The translations under genes and the position numbers were made by a program. From an uncultured bacterium (GTDB taxonomy: Bacteria; Zhuqueibacterota; QNDG01; DTFT01): a stretch of DNA of 57,661 nucleotides. Below the pieces are notes generated by a model that was given only the letters and a program-made list of their open reading frames with translations, did not search any database and had not been told where the DNA came from. Shown here one piece after another: positions 48,644 through 57,661 of this stretch. The stretch is from NCBI GenBank assembly GCA_963736115.1, contig CAVTNR010000013.1:1-57661 (forward strand), in the 5' to 3' direction. The first letter of the stretch is position 1; each line of letters begins with the position of its first letter.

Positions 48644-49225
48644 ATGCGCGATCGAATCGAACTTTCTCCTGCCGTCCGAAGGACGGTTTCCGCTGTCGGC
48701 CGGCGCTGGCTGGCCCAGGCACTCACGCTTTTCATGGCCGGAATTCCGGCCATCCAGGCGGGTGACGGCATCGAGTCCGCGGGCGACGCACTACGGCTCG
48801 TCCTGCCGGCGACCGCGGCCGGCGCGGCCCTCCTGCACCGGGACCAGCGGGGCGCGGTTCAATTCTTCGAAGCCGCGGCCATGACGGGTGTAATCACGGA
48901 AGCGCTCAAGGTAATCGTCGATGAGAAGCGGCCGAACGGCAACCGGTACAGCTTCCCCTCGGGTCACACATCGATCTCCTTCTGTTCGGCTGAATTTTTG
49001 CGGAAGCGGTACGGGTGGCGGTATGGGGCTCCGGCTTACGCGGCCGCGGTTTTTGTCGGTTATTCCCGGGTCCAGGCCCGCAAGCACTATATTCACGACG
49101 TCGCCGCCGGCGCCGCGATCGGAACCGCGTTGAGCGCGTGGCGCACCCGGTCCGGCGGGGCATGCCGGGTCGAGGCCTTTTCGGGAAACGGATGCGCCGG
49201 CATTCGGCTCCGCTGGGCGGGATGA
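48644..49225 (+). CDS. PAP2 family phosphatase
   Basis: K-x6-RP, SFPSGHT and SR-x5-H motifs. Confidence 0.9.
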   Translation: MRDRIELSPAVRRTVSAVGRRWLAQALTLFMAGIPAIQAGDGIESAGDALRLVLPATAAGAALLHRDQRGAVQFFEAAAMTGVITEALKVIVDEKRPNGNRYSFPSGHTSISFCSAEFLRKRYGWRYGAPAYAAAVFVGYSRVQARKHYIHDVAAGAAIGTALSAWRTRSGGACRVEAFSGNGCAGIRLRWAG

Positions 49226-49373
49226 CCGCCGCAACGGTTTCGCGTCGTCCGCTGCCCGGCGCGGAGCGCTCCCGCGGTTTTGCCGGAAAAGCCGTCCGGC
49301 CCGGCGAAAGATTCCGGGGCTGGACGGTGTTCCATGAACGAGAGGCCATCATCCCCATTCAGGCGGAAAAAAC

Positions 49374-50714
49374 ATGAAACGAAAACGGTTGATTTGGGCG
49401 GGCTCAATCGCGGGGCTCGCCGTGCTGGCGGTTCTGGCCGCGGTGATCGTCCGGAGCTGCGGACGGAAAGGCCAGAACGGCCGGTTCCAGACCGCGGAGG
49501 TCACGCGGGGCGACATCGAGAACACGGTGTCCAGCACCGGGACCATTGAGTCGACGGTCACCATCGACGTGGGCACCCAGGTGTCGGGCATCATCTCCCG
49601 GATCTACGCGGATTTCAACGACCCCGTGCAGCGGGGTCAGGTGCTGGCCCTGCTGGACACCGTTCCGCTGTACACCCAGGTCCTGGACGCGGAGGCGCGG
49701 CTCGAGCAGGACAATGCCCAGCTCGAGCAGGCCCGAATGAACTACGACCGGAACACGCCGCTCTATGAAAAACGGCTGATCTCGCAGGAGGAATACCTCC
49801 CTTTCAAGTTCAACCTGCAGGTGCAGCAGGCGGTCGTGAAGTCGTCCCGTGCCGCGCTCACCCGGGCGAGGCAGAACCTCGATTACGCCGTCATCCGGTC
49901 GCCCATACGCGGCACGGTCATTCAGCGCGCCGTCGAGGTCGGGCAAACGGTCGCCGCCAGCTTCAACACGCCGACCCTGTTTGTCATCGCGCAGGATCTA
50001 TCCAAGATGGAAATCAACGCCCTGGTGGACGAGAGCGACATCGGCCTGATCAAGACCGGACAGAATGCCCGGTTCACCGTGGAGGCGTATTCGGACCGGA
50101 CGTTCGAGGGCCGCGTGCGCCAGGTGCGGCTGCAGCCCACCACGGTGCAGAACGTCGTCAACTACACCGTGATCGTGGACGTGGAGAACCGGGAAAAGCT
50201 TCTGCTCCCGGGAATGACCGCCACGCTTGATTTTGTGGTGGAGGAGCGCCGTCAGGTTCTGCTCGTCCCCTCGGCCGCGCTGAAATTTCAGCCGCCCGAA
50301 GATGTGCTGAAGGCGGCTTTTTCGGAGATGCGCAGGCGCCCGGAGGGCCCGCGAGACTCGACGCAGGGATCTCCGGGTTTTCCGGCCGGCGGACCGCTTC
50401 CGGGTTCGCGTCCAGGTTTCGGATCCAGGACCGGCGCGGGTTCCGGGTTCCCGGCGGGCGCGGCCGGCGGCTTCGCCATGCCCGCGGACCGGGGCGCCGT
50501 CTGGGTACTGGACGGGCAGGGCCGTCCGAGAATGGAATTCGTCCAGACCGGCGCCACTGACGGAAAGAACACCGAGATCGTCCGGTCGCGCGGCCTCGAG
50601 GAAGGCGTGGAGGTCATCACCGGACTGACCGAGAAGGCCAATCCGGCGGCGACTCCGGCCGCGGCCGGTTCGCGCCAGCGTGGATTCGGCGGCGGGCCGC
50701 CGAGGATGTTCTGA
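49374..50714 (+). CDS. MacA-like periplasmic adaptor
   Basis: VGTQVSG, IRSPIRG, GQTVAASFNTPTLF, VDESDIG, LLPGMTA. Confidence 0.92.
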   Translation: MKRKRLIWAGSIAGLAVLAVLAAVIVRSCGRKGQNGRFQTAEVTRGDIENTVSSTGTIESTVTIDVGTQVSGIISRIYADFNDPVQRGQVLALLDTVPLYTQVLDAEARLEQDNAQLEQARMNYDRNTPLYEKRLISQEEYLPFKFNLQVQQAVVKSSRAALTRARQNLDYAVIRSPIRGTVIQRAVEVGQTVAASFNTPTLFVIAQDLSKMEINALVDESDIGLIKTGQNARFTVEAYSDRTFEGRVRQVRLQPTTVQNVVNYTVIVDVENREKLLLPGMTATLDFVVEERRQVLLVPSAALKFQPPEDVLKAAFSEMRRRPEGPRDSTQGSPGFPAGGPLPGSRPGFGSRTGAGSGFPAGAAGGFAMPADRGAVWVLDGQGRPRMEFVQTGATDGKNTEIVRSRGLEEGVEVITGLTEKANPAATPAAAGSRQRGFGGGPPRMF

Positions 50715-50730
50715 TGGGACCGGCCGCGTC

Positions 50731-51483
50731 ATGAAACCCATCATCGAAACTCGGAAACTCGAGAAGACCTATGTCATGGGAGACGTCCGCGTGAACGCGC
50801 TCCGCGGCGTGGATCTGACCGTACAGCCGGGTGAAATGGCGGCCATTATCGGCGCCTCCGGTTCCGGCAAGTCGACGCTGATGAACCTGCTGGGCTGTCT
50901 CGACACGCCCACTTCCGGGGAATACCTGCTCGAGGGGCACCGGGTGAGCCGGCTGGCCGCGGACGCGTACGCGGACATCCGGAACGAGAAGATCGGATTC
51001 GTTTTTCAGGGATTCAATCTGCTGGCGCGCACGACGGCGCTCGAAAATGTCGAACTGCCGCTCCTCTACGACCGCGGGAAGCGGATTCCGGATCCGCTGG
51101 GTGAAGCCGAGCGGGCCCTGCGGCGCGTGGGTCTCGGCGACCGGCTCGACCACGAGCCCAACCGGCTGTCGGGCGGCGAACAGCAGCGCGTCGCCATCGC
51201 GCGCGCCCTGGTCAACCGGCCCAGCCTCCTGCTGGCGGACGAGCCCACCGGCAATCTCGATACGCGGACATCCATGGAGATCATGGCCCTGTTTCAGGAG
51301 CTGAACGACCAGGGGCTCACCGTGGTGCTGGTCACCCACGAGACGGACATCGCGAACTGCGCGAAGCGTATCATCGAGATGCGCGACGGCCAGGTGCGGT
51401 CCGACCGTCCGGTGAAGGACAGAATCGAGGCGCCGCGGCCCTCTGCCGGCGCGAACCGGGGAAAGGCGGGCCGGACGGCATGA
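50731..51483 (+). CDS. MacB/LolD-type ABC ATPase
   Basis: [34 protein letters not shown]. Confidence 0.95.
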   Translation: MKPIIETRKLEKTYVMGDVRVNALRGVDLTVQPGEMAAIIGASGSGKSTLMNLLGCLDTPTSGEYLLEGHRVSRLAADAYADIRNEKIGFVFQGFNLLARTTALENVELPLLYDRGKRIPDPLGEAERALRRVGLGDRLDHEPNRLSGGEQQRVAIARALVNRPSLLLADEPTGNLDTRTSMEIMALFQELNDQGLTVVLVTHETDIANCAKRIIEMRDGQVRSDRPVKDRIEAPRPSAGANRGKAGRTA

Positions 51484-52703
51484 ACCTGCAGTTCCGCAAT
51501 CTCGTCAAGGTTTCCATGAAGGGCATTCTAAAGAACCGGATGCGCAGTTTTCTGACCTCGCTCGGCATCATCATCGGCGTGGCCGCGGTCATTGTCATGG
51601 TGGGCGTGGGCCAGGGCGCCTCCCAGCGGATACAGAATTCGATCGCCTCGATGGGGACGAACCTGCTGATCGTGTTCCCCGGAGCGAGCCAGGCGGGGGG
51701 AGTCAACCGGGGCGCGGGCAGCTGGAACCGGTTCACGATGGACGACGCGGACCGCATCCGGGAACAGTGCAAGCTGATATCGGCCGTGTCTCCCATCGTC
51801 CGATCCGGCGACCAGATCATCGGCGGGGGCAACAACTGGAACACCTCGATTTACGGCGTCACGCCCGACTATTTCACCATCCGGACCTGGACCTGCGAGA
51901 AGGGCGAGCTGTTCACGGACAGGGACGTGGCGTCGAGCCGCAAGGTCGCGGTGCTCGGCAAGACAACGGCCGAGACTCTTTTCCCGGGTCAGAATCCCGT
52001 GGGGGAGCGCATCCGCATCCGGAACACGCCGTTCATCGTGACCGGCGTCCTGAAGCGGAAGGGGCAGACGGCCATGGGGCCGGACCAGGACGACGTCGTT
52101 CTCGCGCCGGCCACCACGGTGCTCTACCGTCTCAAGGGAGGGCGGTATGTGGACATGCTGAACGCCAGCGCGGCCTCAACGGAACAGATGGCCGAGGCGC
52201 AGGAGGAACTGCGCGCCGTCCTGCGGGCGGCCCACCGCCTCCGGGCCGGGGACGACGACGACTTCACCATCCGCAGCCAGGCGGAGATCACGGAAATGGC
52301 GACGTCCACGACGAAAACCATGACCCTTCTGCTCGGCGCGATCGCGGCTGTATCCCTGCTGGTGGGGGGCATCGGCATCATGAACATCATGCTGGTTTCC
52401 GTGACCGAGCGGACGCGGGAGATCGGCATCCGCATGTCCGTGGGCGCCCGGGGCCGGGACGTGATGATGCAGTTTCTGACCGAAGCGGTCGTCCTGAGCC
52501 TGACCGGGGGATTGCTCGGGATTCTCCTCGCCTTTCTCGTCTCCCTGGTCCTGAATCGGTTCACGTCCATGCAGACCGTCATACGGCCGGACATCGTCCT
52601 GCTCGCCTTCAGTTTCGCCGGAGCGGTTGGGGTTTTCTTCGGCCTGCACCCGGCGCGGAAAGCGGCGGGGCTGAATCCGATCGAGGCGCTGAGATATGAG
52701 TGA
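51480..52703 (+). CDS. MacB-type ABC permease
   Basis: RSFLTSLGIIIGV; GGIGIMNIMLVSVTERTREIGIR; PIEALRYE. Confidence 0.95.
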   Translation: MNLQFRNLVKVSMKGILKNRMRSFLTSLGIIIGVAAVIVMVGVGQGASQRIQNSIASMGTNLLIVFPGASQAGGVNRGAGSWNRFTMDDADRIREQCKLISAVSPIVRSGDQIIGGGNNWNTSIYGVTPDYFTIRTWTCEKGELFTDRDVASSRKVAVLGKTTAETLFPGQNPVGERIRIRNTPFIVTGVLKRKGQTAMGPDQDDVVLAPATTVLYRLKGGRYVDMLNASAASTEQMAEAQEELRAVLRAAHRLRAGDDDDFTIRSQAEITEMATSTTKTMTLLLGAIAAVSLLVGGIGIMNIMLVSVTERTREIGIRMSVGARGRDVMMQFLTEAVVLSLTGGLLGILLAFLVSLVLNRFTSMQTVIRPDIVLLAFSFAGAVGVFFGLHPARKAAGLNPIEALRYE

Positions 52704-52716
52704 GGCTCCAAGGCTC

Positions 52717-52864
52717 ATTGACGATGGCCGATTGACGGTTTGCGATTGACGATCGGCCAGATCAATCCCCGGGTGTAGGTGTGGGGACTATTTCTGCGGT
52801 GCCCTGAGGGTTATCTGCAACTGGACATTCGAAAATCGGCAATAGGCAATCGTCATTCGAAAAT
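52717..52864. repeat. Degenerate inverted pair of heptamer arrays
   Basis: (ATTGACG-like)x6 at 52717-52758 and (CGKCAAT-like)x6 at ~52823-52864. Confidence 0.6.
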
Positions 52865-52895
52865 AAAAAAGCCTCCCTGGCGCGGGAGGCTTTTT
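52865..52895. terminator. Bidirectional terminator
   Basis: A6-GCCTCCC-N6-GGGAGGC-T5 between convergent genes. Confidence 0.85.
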
Positions 52896-52912
52896 CGTTT
52901 GTCGTGCCGGGG

Positions 52913-55411
52913 TCAGAAATCTCCGCCCGTGTCATACACCCCTTCCTGCGCCTCGCCCTCGCCGTTTCCGTTTCGTTCCCCGTTCTCCCTCTGCCGGTCC
53001 CGCTTGTAGTTGTTGATATTGTACGTCAGGGTGAGCATGTAAATCGGCGCTTCTCGCGTCATGCGGCCATGCGTCGAGAAGCCCGGCGCGTCCGTCTTGA
53101 ATTCGAATTTGCCCGTCCGGAAGGCGTCCCGGATTTGAAGCGTGGCGGACAGGGACCGGTTCAGGAATTCCTGGCGGAGGCTGAATCCGCTGTCGAAATG
53201 ACCTTCACGGCTGCCCTGGGAGGACACGGAGGGGCTGCTGTAGCGCAGGTTGGCCTGCAGACGGGTCGTGGGCGTGATCCGATACGTGTTGTTGAACCGG
53301 ACGTTCCAGTTGAAACTTTCCTTCGAGAACGGCTCGCCCAGGAGTTCGCCTTCGACCCGGTACTGGTAGAGACTGCCCATGAGATTGACGTTCCACGGCT
53401 TGAGCGGGTTCACGTTCAGCATGATCTCGCTGCCCAGTGAATAGTCCCGGCCCACGTTGTCCATGGTATGCAGGGTGATGCGCGGCGCGTAGAGGGACTG
53501 GATGCGCTCGATCTTGTTGTGCGTCACGCGGTAGTATGCCTCGACGGAAAAGAGGCTCTGGCCCGCGGTCGACTGGAAGGTCGTCTCGTATGAATCGATG
53601 AACTCGGGCTCGAGGTCCGGGTTCCCGCGGCGGACGTTGTAGGCGTCCATCCAGGTCTCGAAAGGCTCGAGGTCCCAGTCGCGGGGACGCTGGACGCGGC
53701 GCGTGTAGCTCGTCATCAACTGCCGGCCCTCGACGAATGTATACGAGAAGTGCGCCGTCGGGAACACGTCCCAACGGTCGATGGTGAAATTGTCCCCCGT
53801 GTCCTCGAGTTCGATGTCGCGGCCTGTGTATTCGCCCCGGACGCCGGCCTGCAGCCCCAGTTTTCCGTACGCGTTGGAATAGGTGGAATACAGGGAATGA
53901 ATGGTGTGCGACGCGTCAATGGTGTGGCTGTAGGGCTGCTGGAACACGTAGGTGCCGGCGGCCGGGTCGTAGATGAAGCGTTCCGTTTTTTCCTCGCCGG
54001 ACGAAATGCGGGTTTGGGCTCCAGCCTGTATCTTCTCCTCGGCCCGGAGGGGCAGGATGTAGTCGAGCTTCAGCCGCAGGTCCTTGGACGGTCCGGATTC
54101 CGTCGCCCGCTGGGCCTCGGCGATGCCGCCGGCTGCGTCGAAGAGGCGGTTGGTGTCCTCGTCGTCGCCGTCATGGCCGCCCAAAATGGCCTCGGCCTGG
54201 AGTTCATGCCCGGTTTTCGCGAAATCGTGCTTGTAGCCGAGGTTCAGGGAATAGAAGTCGCCGCCGTGCGAGTTCTCGTCCAGGCTCCGGTAGAGTGCAT
54301 GGATGCCGCCCGGTTCGCTCCACTCGTCGTAACGGTTTTGCGAATTCCCCTCGGAGGAATGGCGGCCGACGCGCAATCCGACGCTCAGCAGATCCCGGGC
54401 CGTGGCCGAGAAATCCATGCCGACGCGTATCCCGAAATTGCCGCCGCCCCGGTCGTTGTCGCCCCGTGAGATCCGGAACAGGGTCGTGTCGCCGAGCAAT
54501 GTGCGCTGTTCGATCCTGGACGTGCCGATCCTGGACCGCTGGTTGTAATCGATCCCGGCGTACACGGTCGTCCGCGACCCCCTGCGGCTCAGGAGCATGT
54601 CCCCGCCCGACCGGCCGGAGATGTCGTTGAGGCCCAGGTTGGCGTTGAATATGCCGGAGACGCCGCCCTGTTTCTCCTTTTTCAGCTTCAGATTGATGAT
54701 GCCGGCCGTGCCGTCCGGATCGTATTTCGCCGAAGGGTTCGTGATGATTTCGATCTGTTCGATGATGCTGGCCGGCGTCTGCTGGAGCGCGGTGTTCGCG
54801 TCGAGCGGCGTGGGCCGGTTGTCGATGAGCACGGTGAAACTCGAGCTGCCCCGGAGCTGGACGTTGTTTTCCTCGTCCACGGTGATCGAGGGTACGTTCT
54901 CGAGCACGTCCACGGCCGTTCCCGCGAGAGCCGTCTGCTGCTGGCCGACATTAATCACGCGGCGGTCGATCTTGTACTCGAATTCGGGACGGTCGGCCTG
55001 GATGTCCACGCCCTGGCCGGGCAGAACGGCGGGCTTGAGCCGTATGGTGCCGACGTCATGCGAGACACTTCCCCGTCTGGGCGAGACGTCCCCGATGGTT
55101 TGGGCGTGGTATCCCATGTAATTGACCGTCATGCGGAACTGGCCGGGAAAGAGGTCCTTCAGTTCAAAGGTGCCGTCCGGTGCCGTGACGATGCCTGTGA
55201 CCTGCCGTCCGTCCCTTTTGGCGAACAGAACGATCGTGGCATACTCGAGCGGTTTTCCCGTGGACGCATCGAGCACCTTGCCCGTGATGGTGACTCTGGG
55301 TGCGGCCTGGGCTCCAGGGGGCCTTCCGGCCGCCGGTCCGTCCTGAGCCTGGGCGGTCACGAACAGAGAAAAACCAATCAGAATGAACATTTTCCTGACC
55401 TGACGAATCAT
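52913..55411 (-). CDS. TonB-dependent receptor / outer membrane beta-barrel protein with N-terminal CarboxypepD_reg-like domain
   Basis: ITGKVLD...PLEYATI; plug DVLENVPSITVD...IEIITNPSAKYDPDGTAGIIN; GNPDLEPE; aromatic C-terminal strands. Confidence 0.9.
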   Translation of the reverse strand: MIRQVRKMFILIGFSLFVTAQAQDGPAAGRPPGAQAAPRVTITGKVLDASTGKPLEYATIVLFAKRDGRQVTGIVTAPDGTFELKDLFPGQFRMTVNYMGYHAQTIGDVSPRRGSVSHDVGTIRLKPAVLPGQGVDIQADRPEFEYKIDRRVINVGQQQTALAGTAVDVLENVPSITVDEENNVQLRGSSSFTVLIDNRPTPLDANTALQQTPASIIEQIEIITNPSAKYDPDGTAGIINLKLKKEKQGGVSGIFNANLGLNDISGRSGGDMLLSRRGSRTTVYAGIDYNQRSRIGTSRIEQRTLLGDTTLFRISRGDNDRGGGNFGIRVGMDFSATARDLLSVGLRVGRHSSEGNSQNRYDEWSEPGGIHALYRSLDENSHGGDFYSLNLGYKHDFAKTGHELQAEAILGGHDGDDEDTNRLFDAAGGIAEAQRATESGPSKDLRLKLDYILPLRAEEKIQAGAQTRISSGEEKTERFIYDPAAGTYVFQQPYSHTIDASHTIHSLYSTYSNAYGKLGLQAGVRGEYTGRDIELEDTGDNFTIDRWDVFPTAHFSYTFVEGRQLMTSYTRRVQRPRDWDLEPFETWMDAYNVRRGNPDLEPEFIDSYETTFQSTAGQSLFSVEAYYRVTHNKIERIQSLYAPRITLHTMDNVGRDYSLGSEIMLNVNPLKPWNVNLMGSLYQYRVEGELLGEPFSKESFNWNVRFNNTYRITPTTRLQANLRYSSPSVSSQGSREGHFDSGFSLRQEFLNRSLSATLQIRDAFRTGKFEFKTDAPGFSTHGRMTREAPIYMLTLTYNINNYKRDRQRENGERNGNGEGEAQEGVYDTGGDF

Positions 55412-55571
55412 ACGTGTACTCCTGTGAGTGATGGTGCTTTGCGATGTCTATTGTTTCATACAAACGACATTAAATATAACACCAAACCCGGTAAAAAGTT
55501 TTGTTATTTTTGGCTTTGGTGACAGGATAAATCGAAGGGTGACAACTTATTACAGGGATTCGGATTTTTCC

Positions 55572-55600
55572 TTGATTTTCGTATTACATTGTATTACCTT
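55572..55600 (+). promoter_or_regulatory. sigma70 promoter overlapped by a GTATTAC-N3-GTATTAC candidate operator
   Basis: TTGATT (55572-77)-N17-TACCTT (55595-600); repeat at 55581-55597. Confidence 0.55.
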
Positions 55601-55641
55601 ATCCTGCTATCAGTCTGTTTTAGAGAAATCCGGAGTATCCA

Positions 55642-55965
55642 ATGGCTGGACAAAAGGCCAAATGTGATGTGATTACTTTCAAGGTGGATGCGGCGCTCCG
55701 CGAGGCCATGAAAGGCGTTCCGAACCGTTCCGAGTTCATACGCTCAGCCATTCTGTCCGCATCCGGGAATATATGCCCCCTTTGCAAGGGACAGGGTCTT
55801 CTCTCTCCGGACCAGCTCGAACACTGGCGGTCCTTCAGCCGCGGGCATCATGTCACAGAATGCGCGGATTGCCATGCCCTGCATCTGGTCTGCTCAGGGG
55901 AGTTTGGCGCGTCTACGCACTCGGAACGGCGGGAAGATCCGGGCGGGAATGGAAGCCGGAAATGA
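55642..55965 (+). CDS. Ribbon-helix-helix (CopG-like) regulator with a Cys/His-rich C-terminal domain
   Basis: ITFKVD strand and NRSEFIRSAI helix; CPLC...HH...CADCH..H..C; GGAG RBS; stop overlaps the znuA start. Confidence 0.8.
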   Translation: MAGQKAKCDVITFKVDAALREAMKGVPNRSEFIRSAILSASGNICPLCKGQGLLSPDQLEHWRSFSRGHHVTECADCHALHLVCSGEFGASTHSERREDPGGNGSRK

Positions 55966-56909
55966 AGACTGTTTCAGGCATGCCTCACGGATTTCATTTC
56001 ACGCGGATCTTCTCCACGGCCATGGTTTGCCTCCTTCTGATTGTGCGGTTCCCCTGTCAAGGAGCGGAACGGCCGTTGCGGCTTTTCACCGGAATCCCGC
56101 CGATCGCCGGCCTGGCTGAGAAAATCGGCGGCGATCGGGTGGAGGTGGAAACCCTGCTCAGGCCGGGTGACAATCCGCATCTCTTCGAACCCAGACCGCG
56201 CCAGGCCGCGGCGCTCGGCCGGTCCGATTTGTTTCTCTCCTGCGGGTTCCCTTTCGAGGAGAAGCTGGCCCGGAATCTTAAAGGACGGTCTTCGGGCCCG
56301 GTCGTGGCCGACCTTGGCGCGGACCTGCTGACGGCGCCGGAACCGGAAAGCGGTGTGTCTTCCCGTCACCGGGATCATGACCATGATCATGGGGGAACGG
56401 ATCCGCATGTCTGGCTGTCGCCGGCCCTGCTCCGCGTTCTCAGCCTCAATCTGTTTGATGCGTTGAAAGCGCAGGATCCCGCGTCCGGATCCTTTTTTCA
56501 GGAACGCCTGAACCGCCTGCTTGCTGAAATCGACTCTCTCGACCGCGGCATCGGACAATCGCTCGCTCCCTTTCGGGGCCGGTCTTTTCTCGCGGCCCAT
56601 CCCTCCTTCGGCCGGTTCGCCGAGGCTTACGGCCTGAAGCAGATGTCCGTGGAATCGGAGGGGAAGAGCCCGTCGGCTCGGGGCCTCGCGGCCATTGTCC
56701 GCGAGGCGAGAAAGGAGCGCGTCTCGATCGTGTTCATCGAGCCGCAATTTGATCCGTCCGGAGCGGAAGCCGTGGCGAAAGCGATCGGCGGAACCGTCGC
56801 GGCCGTGGATCCCCTGGGCCGGGACGCATTGGCGACGATTCGTGTTTTTTCGGATTTGCTGGTCCGGTCTTTCCGCGATGCGGACGCAGCCGGGGGACGG
56901 AAGCCGTGA
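55962..56909 (+). CDS. znuA: Zn/Mn ABC transporter substrate-binding protein
   Basis: NPHLFEP, His-rich loop HRDHDHDH, DPHVWLSP, AHPSFG, VDPL. Confidence 0.9.
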   Translation: MKTVSGMPHGFHFTRIFSTAMVCLLLIVRFPCQGAERPLRLFTGIPPIAGLAEKIGGDRVEVETLLRPGDNPHLFEPRPRQAAALGRSDLFLSCGFPFEEKLARNLKGRSSGPVVADLGADLLTAPEPESGVSSRHRDHDHDHGGTDPHVWLSPALLRVLSLNLFDALKAQDPASGSFFQERLNRLLAEIDSLDRGIGQSLAPFRGRSFLAAHPSFGRFAEAYGLKQMSVESEGKSPSARGLAAIVREARKERVSIVFIEPQFDPSGAEAVAKAIGGTVAAVDPLGRDALATIRVFSDLLVRSFRDADAAGGRKP

Positions 56910-57658
56910 AACAACCGGATGCGATCCGCCTGAAGAGCGTGACCTGCAGTCTCGGCGGGAGCGTTGTTCTCGCGAACGTCTCGTTCTCCGTGAGCCGGGG
57001 CGAATTCACCTACATGATCGGCCCGAACGGAGGCGGCAAGACCACCTTGCTCCGGCTTCTTCTCGGTCTGGAAAAGCCGGATTCCGGCCGGATTTCGGTT
57101 CTGGGCCTGACCCCGCCGGCCGCCAACCGGCGCATCGGATACCTTCCCCAGCATCAGTTTTACGATCCCCAGTTTCCCATCACGGCGCTGGAAGCGGTTC
57201 AGACCGGCCTGTCCTTCGCGCCTTTTGCTTCCGGCCGTTTTCGGGAAAAGGCGGCATCGGCTCTCGATGAAATGGGGCTCGGGGACGAAGCCGCAAGGCC
57301 TTACGCCGTTCTATCGGGCGGCCAGCGCCAGCGCGTGCTCATCGCCAGGGCCTTGGTCGGGGATCCCGAACTGCTTCTGCTGGACGAGCCCACCGCCAAC
57401 GTCGACCCCGCCGTTGAAGAGGCCCTGTTCGACCGGCTGACCCGGCTTCGCCGGAAGCTGACCATTCTCATGGTGACACACGACACGGGCGTCGTGCCGG
57501 TCGGTGTGGAGCGGGTGATCTGCGTCAACCGGGCCGTGGCCGTTCACCCGACCCGGCGGCTGACGGGCCGTGTGCTCCAGGAACTGTACCACCAGAACCT
57601 GAACCGCGTCAGTCATGACCGCGTCATCAAAAGGCCATCCGGGGGAAAACATGGCTGA
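56906..57658 (+). CDS. znuC: Zn/Mn ABC transporter ATPase
   Basis: GPNGGGKTT, IGYLPQ, LSGGQRQRVLIARAL, VTHD, VICVN; an overlapping ATG at 57651 probably starts the permease. Confidence 0.9.
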   Translation: MKQPDAIRLKSVTCSLGGSVVLANVSFSVSRGEFTYMIGPNGGGKTTLLRLLLGLEKPDSGRISVLGLTPPAANRRIGYLPQHQFYDPQFPITALEAVQTGLSFAPFASGRFREKAASALDEMGLGDEAARPYAVLSGGQRQRVLIARALVGDPELLLLDEPTANVDPAVEEALFDRLTRLRRKLTILMVTHDTGVVPVGVERVICVNRAVAVHPTRRLTGRVLQELYHQNLNRVSHDRVIKRPSGGKHG

Positions 57659-57661
57659 GTT

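Noticed and set aside
1-57661. rRNA, tRNA, prophage, integrase, transposase or anti-phage defence genes
   Set aside because: None recognised; nearly all sequence is accounted for by envelope, transport, redox and regulatory genes.

Overview
GC-rich Gram-negative bacterial chromosome segment. Two secreted proteins end in 'N(F/W)PNPFNP' T9SS/FlgD-type sorting domains, which suggests an FCB-group organism such as a KSB1-like lineage (inference). Left to right: (1) an arsenic/metal/thiol-redox operon (permease end, small thioredoxin, ferredoxin, CDF, Trx lipoprotein, CcdA, Acr3, ArsC); (2) a minus-strand tolQ-tolR-tolA-tolB-cpoB-tamB-tamA operon divergent from a sigma54-type two-component system, followed by an unknown lipoprotein and the displaced pal gene, with sigma54 -24/-12 motifs before both arms; (3) a small MITE and a 5-gene surface-glycan modification operon; (4) a 7-PAS kinase, an AGCS symporter, a nitroreductase, an orphan protein and a CE1-like esterase; (5) an ArsR-small membrane protein-ferredoxin-trxA operon with duplicated operators; (6) AsmA-like and Sel1 genes, an RND pump, two CTD-bearing secreted enzymes (SGNH-like/FN3/DNRLRE and GH30), PAP2, MacAB and a TonB-dependent receptor; (7) znuA-znuC headed by a ribbon-helix-helix protein with a Cys/His-rich tail. 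Five 1-nt frameshifts in C/G runs look like sequencing errors. No rRNA, tRNA, CRISPR array or transposase was seen. The best candidates for undescribed systems are the sigma54/TCS-controlled split Tol-Pal plus TAM locus and the RHH-zinc-finger regulator of znu. All calls come from motif recognition by eye; no searches were run.
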